NCBI RefSeq assembly: GCF_035594765.1
Contig: NC_085841.1
Location: forward strand, 338,777,402-338,841,401
Source of the DNA: Anolis carolinensis
Lineage: Eukaryota
Length of the DNA: 64,000 bases
Direction of reading: 5' to 3'
The notes under the pieces are model-generated. The model was not told the origin of the DNA. It did not search any database and saw only the letters and a program-made list of their open reading frames with translations. Every line of letters starts with the position of its first letter. Position 1 is the stretch's first letter. Made by a program: the position numbers and the translations under genes. This document shows positions 40,901 through 53,038 of the stretch, piece by piece.

Positions 40901-42965
40901 GTCTATAAGACATTTACTTCCAGATGATCTCACAGTGATATGGCATGATGAGGAACTTGAAAAGTCCTTGAATGATTCACTGAGCAGATGGAACCATGAC
41001 CTCCAAGAGACATTTTGCAAAGTGGAACACAACTGATTTCAGAGTCTAAGAGAATGGGGTGCTCATCTCAAAATTAATCTCTATTTGGGCTTTAAATCCT
41101 CGATGTATTATTTGCAGCAAAGACAATGGTATAACACAACAATTTCAAGTGGTAGTTTTTCCTTCTTTGTAGAAAAATATGGTTCTGGTAAAATATGGAC
41201 AAAGTAGTCAGTCAGAAATTCACAAGCCCCTCCTTGGCTCTCTGGGTCTCAGACCAATGCACAAGCTGAATCCCTGTCTTAAAGGCCCTGGATGGAACAA
41301 CTGGGACTCTGTTGCAAATGCCCAACCCACAGTCAGCAACAGATGCCATGCCAGCATTCCAGGAAAGCCAAGCAAAGCCAAGAGCAAGAAACCAGGAGAG
41401 GGTGGGGGAGACAACTATTGCCCTCTAGCAAGCCCTCTATTATCAGAGAGGATCTTGCAAAAACAAGAACAAGATTGCCAAGAAGAATCACAGTAAACAA
41501 AGTCCAAGAAAGGTACCCAGGGACTAAGGCAAATTACACAGAAGGGAAACCACAAAAGGGGAGTCTACTCATCCACCTGGGAATTATTTGTCGGCAGTTT
41601 CCCATAAGCTGGCCATGACAGTATGTGCCCTAAGAAAACTGGCTCAGAAATTTATCTAAGATAAGCAGTCCCACTTCTACCTCATACATAAAATACAGGG
41701 GCTTATTATATGGATATTTTTCCATTGCTGCTGCAATGGAGTCTCATGGGCAATAACCAGAAGTGGCCTTGGGTCATGTGATGGTCTCTGTGGGACTCTG
41801 TTTTGGCAGCACAGAGAAATGGAAAGAAGGCTATGTCTGATGAGGTAGACAAGTAATATGCAGAGATGGTTTTACCAGTTCCTGCTTCTGTAATATACAA
41901 TATCTGGCATTTCTTAGCAGTCTCCCATCCAAGCAAGTTCTCAAGATCAGACAGGATCATGAGCTGATGTCAAAAGGAAGCCTGCCTAATGACAAGCAAT
42001 GGCTATTCATGGTAAGTCCTCATATCAGGGTAGTTCAGACCCAGCTTATTGTTTCAATAAAAACTTTGTAAATCAACATTTATGTAGATTCCATGGATTC
42101 AATGGGCATACTCTAGTTGGAGGTTACCAATGCATTTAGCATCCAATTCAGTTCCTGAATCTGTTTATCTGAAATTTGTTGTTCCTATAAACTCACATAA
42201 GTTCAGACATCATGAACTGAAATCTAATGAGAACATTCATGAAAGAATGTAAATTACCATGTAATGTATAAGCTAACTTCATGTATAAACTGAAGACAGG
42301 TTTTGGGACCAAAATTATGCATTTTTGATAAGTTGGGGGTTCATTCGATGGACAGGGAAACATCAATGCCAACTCAAGGGGCCAGCCATCCCTAGCCACC
42401 ACCATCAATTCTCTGCTTAGACAGTCAAAACAAGCCAAAAATAGCACCATGTTGGAGAGAGTAGAGGGAGTCAGTGCTTCTTTTAGGTTCTCTAAGGACA
42501 TTTGAAGCAGTTGCTGCACTCAGTGTAATTGTAATGATGGCCATGGTGACACCAATCTTTTTTATGAATGCAAAAAAAAATCTTCATTTATGCTTTTGAA
42601 ACAATATTGTTTCTAGCATTTGGAAAAGGCCCTTAGGACTTGTATTCCAAAGTGGGATGCTAAGTGGCCGCTTTGAGTCTCCTTCTAGAGAGAAAAAGGG
42701 GGTATGATAAACATAATAAACAAATAATAATAATAATAATAATAATTTTCAGGTTTTCATTACTTCTTCATCCAACACATCAATGCATGAAGATTAAATA
42801 TTACTTTTTTCAAACAGATCTTTACACATACGCACAATGTAATCAGTTGTGGTTTATTTGTTTTAAATGGTGAAAACACCATGAGATTGCTCAGAAGAGA
42901 GCAGAAGAGGTATTTTTACTTCTGTGCTTGGAAAGTGATTATTACTCATAATCACCACCATGATT

Positions 42966-43238
42966 GGAGCCCCCGTGACTCAATGGGTTAAACCCTTGTG
43001 CCGGCAGACAGCTGACTTGAAGGTTGGGTTGTTGACCTGAAGGTTGCCAGTTTGAATCCAACCCAGGGAAAGCATGGATGAGCTCCCTCTGTCAACTCCA
43101 GTTCCATGCGGGGACATGAGAGAAGCCTCCAATAAGGATGGTAAAACATAAAAACATCCAATGTTCCCTGGGACGGCCAATTCTCTCACATCAGAAGCGA
43201 CTTGCAGTTTCTCAAGTCGCTCCTGACACACACAAAAA
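42966..43238 (+). mobile_element. tRNA-derived SINE, near full length
   Basis: ggagccccc head, B-box-like gtttgaatcc, 3' end caagtcgctcctgacac plus A-rich tail; possible degenerate TSD caccaccatgatt / caccacaattatc. Confidence 0.85.
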
Positions 43239-45990
43239 CACCACAATTATCTTAATCCAAACAATCCAATGTAAGGGGTCTGCACTTTGCAGATATAGAT
43301 AAATTGACAATGTTCATTAAAAAAAATTACCAGTTTTAAGAAAGAATGGGAAAACATAACTGGTTCTGAGAGAATGTTGAGAGAAATTATCTGTATTGGT
43401 TTAGAGGACTAGTAAGTCTGAATAATAGCTAGAAGTGGGATAAGTAAATAACTATATTGGCAGGGAGTTTGAAAGTCGTTTGTTTTCCCCCCATATTTTA
43501 AAACATTTTTGGACCATAGTAGTTTAGTTTGTCAATTGCAATTGTAGTTTAGTTTTTATTTGGCTTTTTCATTATGTGTTAATTTGTATTATTTTTGTTA
43601 TTTAATCGGATTTTATTCAAAGTATCTGATTTATGGCCCTGCTTACCAGTTTTACACAAGTAATATTTAGTTCAGCTTCAGACTCAGGAAATAACTGTTT
43701 CGTAATGTAATCTGGTGGCACAGAAATCATGTTACAGGAACATTTGAGGGTGGCACATAACAGTATAAACCCCATGGAATTTTGCTAATCTACTGCATTC
43801 ATTTATAGAAGGTCAACTAGAGAAATATGTGAGCGCACTGGGGGGGGGGGGGAATCAGTTGTTCCATTTTAGCAAGATAGCTTCTGATTTATTAGAGCTA
43901 TAAGTTTTCAAGAATGCTCTTATTTTCAAGGTTCTCCTTTATTTGTTGTTTCATAGAAGCTAATAATGGAGCATACTGTGATCTGGGGGCCTCCATCAAG
44001 TGTACCATAAATGTGTCATGGAAACTGCCCCAATCCTCTATAAAGCCAGAGCTGATTCAGTTGTGTATTGGCTTAAGGTTGCAAAAGAAGAAGAGCTCAG
44101 TGAAAACTAAACTCCCCTAGGAAATGCTTAAAGTTCTGTTTGGAAAAGGTTTGAACAGGTGAACTTGGTCAAGTAATCCAAATAAATTTCACCGATGTCT
44201 GTCTCCACATCCTTAGTTGTAGTTCATCAGTTCAGACCTTTTCCAAACATATTTCTAAGCATTTCTTAGGGGACTTGACTTTTCACAGAGCTGTCCTTTC
44301 TTTGTAAGTCTGAATCTGTCAAGGATTCTCAAGACCTCAGGAGGAATTTTGCCACCGACTCAAAAATACATCAAGTACTTTTGGGACGGATCATTCCTTG
44401 TGGGAAATCATCATCTTGTACCTTAGTGCAGCAAGCAAAAAGGAACGAGCTGTCTCCTTAACAAAGAGACAAGCAACTTATCTGATGTTTCTGCTTTTTA
44501 GTAACCATGTAAGAAGGAATCATGTATTTAGGTTTTTCACATTTACAAAAACTGACTAGCATCCTGTTAAGCAAATGCATGCCCTTAATGCAACAGATAT
44601 ATTCTGCCTACAGTGGCAGATGCAGAGCTGCACATACAACAATCTTTGTTGTACACCACAATTGCAAACCAACACCATCACACTGCAAAACACAGTCACT
44701 GAGATATGTTTCACAATGTTGCAATTCTACATGGGGATGGCATCGTCCTTGCATAGCATATCTCCAAATATGGACATTATGCTATGCTGAGGAAATGTTG
44801 GATTGCAGCCAAGGTAAAACAGAATAAATTTGAAAATCTAAATCCAATCACTTTTCTCAGCTGGAGACACTGAATCAATAAGACTTACATGAGTGTTGAA
44901 TTTACCATTCAGCAATTGATTCAGTGAGTCCAGTTGCTCAACTAGTAACTCAATAGGGCCTTAGTTTTTACAGTCTCACAAGTTTCTTTACTGATTTTAC
45001 TGTAACAATATGACAGCTTGGAAATAAAAAATTACACTCCAATATTTTATTAGTCCAAATGAAATTAATGAAAATCAAAAACAAAGTGGAATTCAGGATC
45101 AGGATGCTTAAAATAACATTTATAACTTTCAATTATAAATGGATTAGATGATATGTAGGCAGAAATTTATAGAATATGGTGGAGAAGGAAGGTGGAGATG
45201 GAAGGGCGCAATGCAAAGTGTAAGTTATGGCCTTTAAAGTCTGCATCATTTTGGTCCAGCTATTTAAAGATCATATCTCCCTCTATGAGCCCACCTGAAT
45301 TTTAAAATCTAGGGAGGGCTTTTTCTATATTTTGCCACCATGACAGGTTCATTTGCTGAGGAAAGAATTCAGAAAAGTTACTTTGGAAATGATGGCCTAA
45401 TCTCAGTCATTAATCCCCACGAGGGTAAACCCCTTTGAATCAATGCCACCAAGACGGCCCTCTGCTGTGTCCTCATCAGGTAGGACTATGAGGGTGGCAG
45501 GACAAAAAATAGTCTTGTCATGAAGATATTAAGACTCAGATAAGGTCATATAGTTAGATACAATCTGTCTGAGTTTAGAAAAGAAAGAGGTACTAGAGAT
45601 CACCTTGCAGATAAACACTGGTTAATGTAATGCATCAAAGAATTTAAGGAAAAAATCTGTTGGAATATATTATGTTATAGCAAAGTCTTTGTGTAGTTCA
45701 CAAAAAACAATGAATCGGTCTAAAAGGAATTGAAGTTCTGTGATATTTAATTAAATATTAAATATTTAAATATTTGAAACATTTAATTGTCCTAATATAT
45801 AATATATAATTTTGAGAAGAAGGCATACCATCCATTGATCAATTTTCAGAAGATCTTACTGATTTAGCCAAGCATGAACATATGTGTTATAGATTTCAAG
45901 AAAACTGATGTTTGGAAATATTACCAGTTTATATTCATCTATATGTTTAGCTCTTTTTTGTATTCCGTGTATATGTTAACATACATGTAT

Positions 45991-46120
45991 NNNNNNNNNN
46001 NNNNNNNNNNNNNNNNNNNNNNNNNNNNNNNNNNNNNNNNNNNNNNNNNNNNNNNNNNNNNNNNNNNNNNNNNNNNNNNNNNNNNNNNNNNNNNNNNNNN
46101 NNNNNNNNNNNNNNNNNNNN
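45991..46120. other. Assembly gap (130 N)
   Basis: Run of N. Confidence 1.
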
Positions 46121-46139
46121 TAATAAACATGAACCATAA

Positions 46140-46546
46140 AATGATCTGTGACAGCATATCTCTGATTTCGAAATATAGTTGTGAAGGCTGGAAGCAAGCC
46201 TGGCAGGAAGAAAATCAACGTATTTGATATGAAAAGAGTTCTAGGGATGCCACAGACTGCGAAAAATAAAAATAAATGGGCCCAACAATAAATTAACCCT
46301 GAAGTTTTAGATGCCAAAATCACTAAACCAAGGCTGTTGTTCTTTAGAAACATCATAAGGCAACATAACTCATTGGTAAAATGACAGTAGGAAAAGATTT
46401 AAAAGCACATTAGATATGGATTGCCTAAATAAAGGAAATCACAGCTCTGAGTCTGCAAAAACTGAGCAGGAATGTCAATAACTGTGGATCTTGAAGGTCT
46501 CTTATTCATAGGGTCACTATAAGTCATAGCTGAAATAACAAAACAG
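46140..46546 (+). mobile_element. Old RTE-clade LINE 3' end
   Basis: Remnants of YxCExW..RKKINxF..RVLxxPxTA..AKITKxRLxxFxxIxR, ending cttattcatagggtcactataagtc. Confidence 0.7.
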
Positions 46547-47809
46547 CAAAAGTTGGCTAGTGAGACAATATTAATAGGCGGGGAAAGGTTTAACCCCTTT
46601 TTGCACTCAGCTATACAATGGCCAGGACATAACACACTGTTGGAAACTGTTCAGAAACTTCAGTGGGTTCAAAATGTTTCAGCCAGAATCTGACTGGGCC
46701 CAGTTATAGATATCATATAACTAACTGCCCTATTTAAACAGTTTTACTGGCTAATGGTTCATTTCTTGGTACAATTCAAATACTGGTCATGATAAAGCTT
46801 GGTCTTGGTTTACTGTTTTCAGATAGTATGGGTCTAAACCAGATAGGGCTTTATAGGTTGTTACCAGCATTTGAATTGTTCCCAGAAATGAACTGTTAAC
46901 TAGTGATGCTCTTTTAATGAGGCAGTTACATGCTCTGACTGCAGCATTGAAGTTTCTCAATGGGTTTCCAGCAGTGTACTGTGACCTAGCCATTGTATTT
47001 ACACACATGAACCTGAGCTCTAAGACTTTTGAGAAGGTTTTCTCTTGGGCACCTTCTACACTGCTGGTCCCATTGTTGTCGAATCACAGTAACCCCCCCC
47101 CCAATGATTTATAGTAAGGGCTCAGAAATGAATATATGATTTTTGCCCTTTTTAAAACCTTTTTTCACAAGTTTGAGGCATCGGGAGACCAGGAGCGGAC
47201 CAGCAGCAACTTCACTCACATCTCAAAGACTCAATAAATCGTATCTATTTTTCATTACTTTCTGTGTAACTTGTATCTTTCAACTGTGGACTGCATCTAT
47301 TTCTTATTTAAAATGTATACACTGCTCATGAAATGTATCAGGATGTAGCCCAGAGACAGCCACAAAGATAATCCCTTTGAGAACAGGAAGGCTGGGCAAA
47401 CCCATCTGACCATTTTCCAAGCCAGTTTATCATTAGAGCCATTGTTCATGTATATGCAGACAAAGCAACTTCCCTTGCCAGCCCAGCTAAACTCAAAACT
47501 GTTTGTATAGTTATATGGTTCACTTAATGCTGAGAGATTGCTCCCCACGGATGTAGAGATTTAAGAGCATGTGTACTTGTTAACTCTTTTATTTGACAAC
47601 CAAGCCCTGGATTGTCACCTTTGTTCCTGGAGTCTCATACCTTTGTTTCCTGAAAACCATATCTTTGTTCAACACAGAACTGGACAGTTGAACAAACCAA
47701 AAGCTCATTAAGACTTATTTGGCATTGTTTCCCCGGATTATGTCTACTTCCACAGGTGCATCATGCCAGCTGATTGGTCCCTCGCCTGACCAATCCCCAG
47801 TTGTCATTT

Positions 47810-48000
47810 CTCCACCAGAGGGAATCCCTGGCTGGAGCCAGCAACATCATCTGAGCCTGGACATTCCACAGATATATAAACCCCAATTGCTTCATTTCCA
47901 ACAAACCTCACAACCTCTGAGGATGCCTGCCATAGATGTGGGCGAAACGTCAGGAGATAATGCTTCTGAAATACAGCCCGAAAAACTCACAGCAATCCAA
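47810..48000 (+). mobile_element. Penelope-like element terminal (pseudo-LTR) fragment
   Basis: gacattccacagatatataaaccc..acaacctctgaggatgcctgccatagatgtgggcgaaacgtcagg..cagcccgaaaaactcacagcaa. Confidence 0.8.
47912..47957 (+). ncRNA. Minimal type I hammerhead ribozyme motif (Penelope-associated)
   Basis: CUGAGGA (47917-23), stem II GCCUGC/GUGGGC, GAAA (47944-47), ACGU palindrome, GUC triplet (47949-51), stem I CCU/AGG. Confidence 0.7.
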
Positions 48001-48101
48001 TCATCTAAGCTCTCAGTCAATCAGAACATGGATCCTAACCAGCCACTTTGTCAATCAGGAAAGGGAGCAGGAGTTCTGAATAGCTGTCAAACTGTATAAG
48101 A

Positions 48102-48236
48102 CAGTGGCTCTCAACATGTGGGTCCCCAGGTGTTTTGGCCTACAACTCCCAGAAATCCCAGCCAGTTTACCAGCTGTTAGGATTTCTGGGAGTAGAAGGC
48201 CAAAACATCTGGGGACCCACAGGTTAAGAACCACTG
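48102..48236. mobile_element. hAT palindromic MITE
   Basis: Long TIRs CAGTGG(C/T)TCT..; 8-bp TSD GTATAAGA / GTATACGA. Confidence 0.9.
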
Positions 48237-48564
48237 GTATACGATGTCTTGCCTTCTCTGTATGTTTATGCTTGCACATTTGAAGCATCCTGCTTGTACT
48301 TGCATCCCTTTTGGCCAAATTGTATTAAACCTCTGTGACTTGTCTTCATCCTGAATTGTTTTTCAGTACTGGCTTGTTTAGCATATGCTCACCAGGCACA
48401 GATCCTCATATCTGTGGTCCTAGCTAACCACTACACCATTGGAAGTCAACCTCTCACTGCTCAAATCTACAGTCCTCAATTAGGAATGATTAGTTACCTT
48501 TAGAATAGGCTGAGGGAATCCCTTCCCCCTGGCTCCTGAATGTCAGTTGGAATGTATCTCTTGT

Positions 48565-48605
<41 letters not shown>

Positions 48606-49299
48606 TCTCATCCTGATTGGTGGTGTAGAATGGATACTCTTCAGGTTGCACGCCTTTGCTTAAGACTTCTGCTTTTTCATCTTTGCACTCACCCTCTTTC
48701 TACTCTGTGTGTTTGAAGAGATGAAGTGTTTGGAAGTTTTTTCTTCTTATTTTGGAACTTAGAAGTTATGGAGTTAGAGAGAAGCTTAGACCCAATTATT
48801 TCCTATCAAGAAATGTAGTTCTTATTTTTTATAAAGAAATCTTTTTGTAACTTTAAATATTGAACCCTGCATCTTTTGCCTGCTAAGCTCAAAAATCTTT
48901 TGCAGCCACACAACACTGCACCTTTCTGCTTGCTGTGAGCTGAGTGCTCACTTAAGTATCCTGTTTGTATTTTTCGATGCTCTGCTATTTTGGGAAGAAT
49001 TCCCTAATATACAGCATCACCATCACAGTGAGGATACAAGAGAGAGCTTTCTCAGTGGCTACTTCCACCTTCTTGGTGTTGCATCAACACCATTTAACTG
49101 TCACACAATTCTATGAAATCCTGGAATTTGTAGTTTGGTGAGACTGAGAGAGAGAAGGCTAAAGTTTTTGTAAAGCTACAATTTCCAGGATTCCATAGCA
49201 TTGAGCCATACCAATTAAAGTGGTATCTACTACATTGATGTTATAGTTTTGACACACCCTTGGACATCAGAATGAGTATACAATGAGATGATCTAATTA

Positions 49300-49622
49300 C
49301 AGTAGAGTCTCACTTATCCAACATAAACGGGCCAGCAGAACGTTGGATAAGCGAATATGTTGGATAATAAGGAGGCATTAAGGAAAAGCCTATTAAACAT
49401 CAAATTAGGTTATGATTTTACAAATTAAGCACCAAAACAACATGTTATACAACAAATTTGGTAGAAAAAGTAGTTCAATATGCAGTAATGCTATGTAGTA
49501 ATTACTGTATTTATGAATTTAGCACCAAAATATCACGATATATTGAAAACATTGACTTCAAAAATGTGTTGGATAATCCAGAACGTTGGATAAGCGAGTG
49601 TTGGATAAGTGAGACTCTACTG
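49300..49622. mobile_element. Tc1/mariner MITE family A, copy 4
   Basis: TA TSD; perfect TIR CAGTAGAGTCTCACTTATCCAAC. Confidence 0.93.
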
Positions 49623-52056
49623 TAAAATCATTAAATCATTAAATAAGCACCAAGGAAGGATGGCAGTGGTGCTGGTGCTGGAGATAATAAATAATTTGCC
49701 AGAATAAACGTCCTTCCACAGTCTCAGCTAGAGAGAAGAGGAGAATATTGATGAGTGTTTGGAGCAACAAATCGGATCAGGTTAAATTCCGCACATGGAA
49801 TGTACTGCATTATTGATGGCTGTGTCTTCCTCTCCATCTTTCCCTGCAATGACAGGTGATGTTGATCCAAAGCTTATGGAAGCAATAGGAAATTGTGGCA
49901 ACGCACCGCTTAACCAGCATCACACTCTGAAATTCAGTTGGAAGATAGGATGGATTTACCTGGATTTTTTTCTTGACATTTAATGACCTTTTGAAGTTAC
50001 CTGATAGCAATGATAATCCATGGGCAATCCAGTTCTGTGCAAGATTTCAGTTGGAATTGTGATGATGTTTGTAATATACCTAGTGTGCCTGCCCTTTGAA
50101 ATACAAACACACTCTTGCTCCGTATACAAATGAAGCTTGGGAAGTTCCTTGCAAAAAGTACCCATCGTAAAGAAGCTGAAGTTTTGTTTTTTCTTTGTTC
50201 ATAAGATACTGTTAATGTTCAGTGTATTATTTTCTAGTAAACATTTGGAAATTGATTTTAATAAGACAGAGGCTTCTTATGGTACTGTACTAAATCATTT
50301 GAAAGTTAAAAAAACTGCTTTTTAATACTGTTCTTATCTTAATTTTGTATGCTTTAGCTATATGTGCTTATTGTATTTTATAAGCTGCCTTGAGTCCTCA
50401 TCTGAGAGGAAAGTGGGATATAAATGAAATAATGGATAGATTATAGTCTGGACTGCTACCCAACCCTCCCTGGTAGTAGACTCTATGTGGAAGGTGTGCA
50501 ATGGAAAACCTAGTCCTATTCAGGTATTATAAAGACTGGAGAAAATCATCACACCTGCCAAATTAGGGTTGCACCCAGTACCACCACTCTTAGCCTAGCA
50601 TGACTTTATTGTTCCACGTCACAATCACCCATACTTAAATGGTCTTCGTGTGCAGTGATCTATACAGGGAAAAGGGTCTTGTAAGGGGCAGAACACAGAC
50701 TACTCAGGGTTCTTCATCATATGGAAGCATCTGTCAATACATGAAATTCATGTGAAGGCTGTTCCACCAAAATTTAATTAATTAATTTCAATTCAATTTA
50801 TTTTAAGCTTATGTTTTGTATGTGTTTAAGGCATTGAATAATTGCCATATGTAAGCCGTCTTGAGTCCACTTCGGGGTAGAGAAAGGCAGGGTATAAATA
50901 GGGTAAATAAAAATTCAAGGTGTTGTGAATATTACTTTCATTGGGATTTGTGGCCTAGAAGGAAAGAGGTAAATCATCTATATCCACATGCCAGAAGTCC
51001 AGACCTCAACATGAAACTTTGTAACTGCTATTCACCGGGTTTTTCAATCATGCAATTTTTAGGCTTCCTAGATCTTATGGTCTGGGCCCCTTTCTAAGGA
51101 GAGAGGGAGGAAATTTAAGGCAAGAATACTGCCTTAAATTGGGTATGTTCTTTATTTGTAAAAAAATCCAATCTTCAGGGATGGAATATCAGAGCAAGAA
51201 ATCCTATTCATTTATTTTATTTTTAATTAATCTATTATTATTTCCTGCCTTTATCCCAGAAATGGGTTCAAAGCAATGCTGCTCTTATGTATTGATTTTA
51301 TATTTATTTGTTTAATTAATGTATTGTATTCTGACTTTTTTCCAGTACTGATTTCAAAGTGACTATACTGTATACATTATTTTTCATTTGTTAGCCCTAA
51401 TGTTTTTTATTCAAATGGCATATCTTGTGCAAACATGGTGATGTTTAAATGTAGTTTACTACTGTGAATCAGGTAGCAAAATATGAATAGGCTGGCCCAT
51501 AAGGAAAGAAATGAAATGAAAATTAGAGTTTTCTACGATTACAGATTTTAGGACCCCAGCAATACTGTTCATCATTATAACATATACGTAATGTGATTTG
51601 TTCAGGATGTGTGTAATCATGCTAAATGCAATCTTTCTGTATTATACTGGTAATCACAATATTTGATCATTATCTCTGCTGGGTAAAGTAAATAGATCTC
51701 AGCAACTACATTAAAACATCTATTCACATCACCATCATGCTTCATCAGACAGGAAAGGATAAGCCTTGGAGAAACAAAGAGAAGATAGACAAAATGCTGA
51801 ATTGTAGCACTGTGCACTTGGAAAGTCCCTTTGAATTCACTGAATTACTTCCAAGAGAATATTACATTCTATGTTAGTTCCAGGAGAAGACTCACTAGAT
51901 CAAAAGGAACTTGCATAGTCAACACTTAGGTAGGTTTCATTGACTACTTAGAACCCACAATTGGAGTTAGATCATTATATTTTTAAGCAGGACAAAAAAA
52001 ACCCAACATAGTTCCACGAATGTCTACTAGATACTGTTCTATAATCAAGGCAGAGG

Positions 52057-52068
52057 CCACTAGGGGGC
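52057..52068 (+). promoter_or_regulatory. CTCF consensus motif
   Basis: CCACTAGGGGGC matches the CCASYAGRKGGC core. Motif match only; no binding data. Confidence 0.5.
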
Positions 52069-52148
52069 ACCAGAGAGAGACATATTGTCCATTTTACAGG
52101 GGGAGAGTTGAAGGAGGAAAACATTTTCTCCTGTTTTTGCTGGTTATG

Positions 52149-53038
52149 TGTGATGTCTCATGGGCCTTGTAGTCCCGTTCCTAGTGCTATTGTGGCAGAT
52201 GAGGAGGAAAATTTGGGATTTCCACCGGTTCTGCTTGAATCGGAGCCTCGCCACCTGGAGGATGTTTGTCCTCAGGAAGTTAACCAAACAAGCCTTGGGC
52301 AGAATTCTCCCCCGTTTTCCCAAAAGGACAATTATAATAGAGATAGAGGGGCGAGGGAGGCTAATCGCCGGAGCCTCAGAATCGCTGCCAGACAATTAGC
52401 TGATTAGGTCTGCTTCCCTTGGGAAATTCTAAGGAGTCATGCATCTGGACACAGTTTGGGTTTCACTTCTTGTTCTCCAGGGAAAGTATTCTATTGGCGG
52501 GAAAACAAGACCCTATATAGGGGTTTTGCCGCAAGGGGAACCTTGCGGAGTCAATTTGTTCAGCTTGAGGAGAGAGATCGTGTGTAGACTTCGTACCCCA
52601 GTTCCCTGTTTCACGGATCAAGTTTTCAACCTAGCCTTGTTTCACGGATCAAGATTCCAGCCTTGTCTTGTCTCACGGACTTCTATGGACTCAGTTCTTG
52701 TTTCATGTTTGCCTTGTTTCAAGTTTGATCTAGCCAAGATTCAAGCCTATTTTCCAGCCTTGTTGTCAAGCTCCCTTGGTCTTTAAAGACCCTGTCATTC
52801 CCCACACCATTGCTTGGCAAGGTGTGTGTTTCGGTCAAGTGGATTATAACTTTGGACTTTAATATCTTATATTGGACAATATATTTCTGGACTATATTTG
52901 ACCTCACCTGAAAGGTCTGCTTTTGAACTATACTCTTCACTTGTTTTTATTGACTTTATATATTTCTTTAATAAAGATATTAGATAGATTCTGGTCTCTG
53001 CGCATGGTTATTGGTGCTCTGCAGCCTGGGACGTGACA
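52149..53038 (+). mobile_element. Solo LTR 2 (890 bp)
   Basis: TG...CA termini, perfect 5-bp TSD TTATG (52144-52148, 53039-53043), TATA-like cctatatag near 52512, AATAAA near 52970, internal tgtttcacggatcaag repeats. Confidence 0.9.

Noticed and set aside
42966-43070. tRNA gene
   Set aside because: The A/B-box-like motifs belong to a SINE head, and there is no cloverleaf.
45874-46356. ORFs spanning the N run
   Set aside because: Artefacts of the assembly gap.
48480-48960. Old LTR-like region around a (TC)n tract
   Set aside because: Boundaries and TSD are not identifiable.
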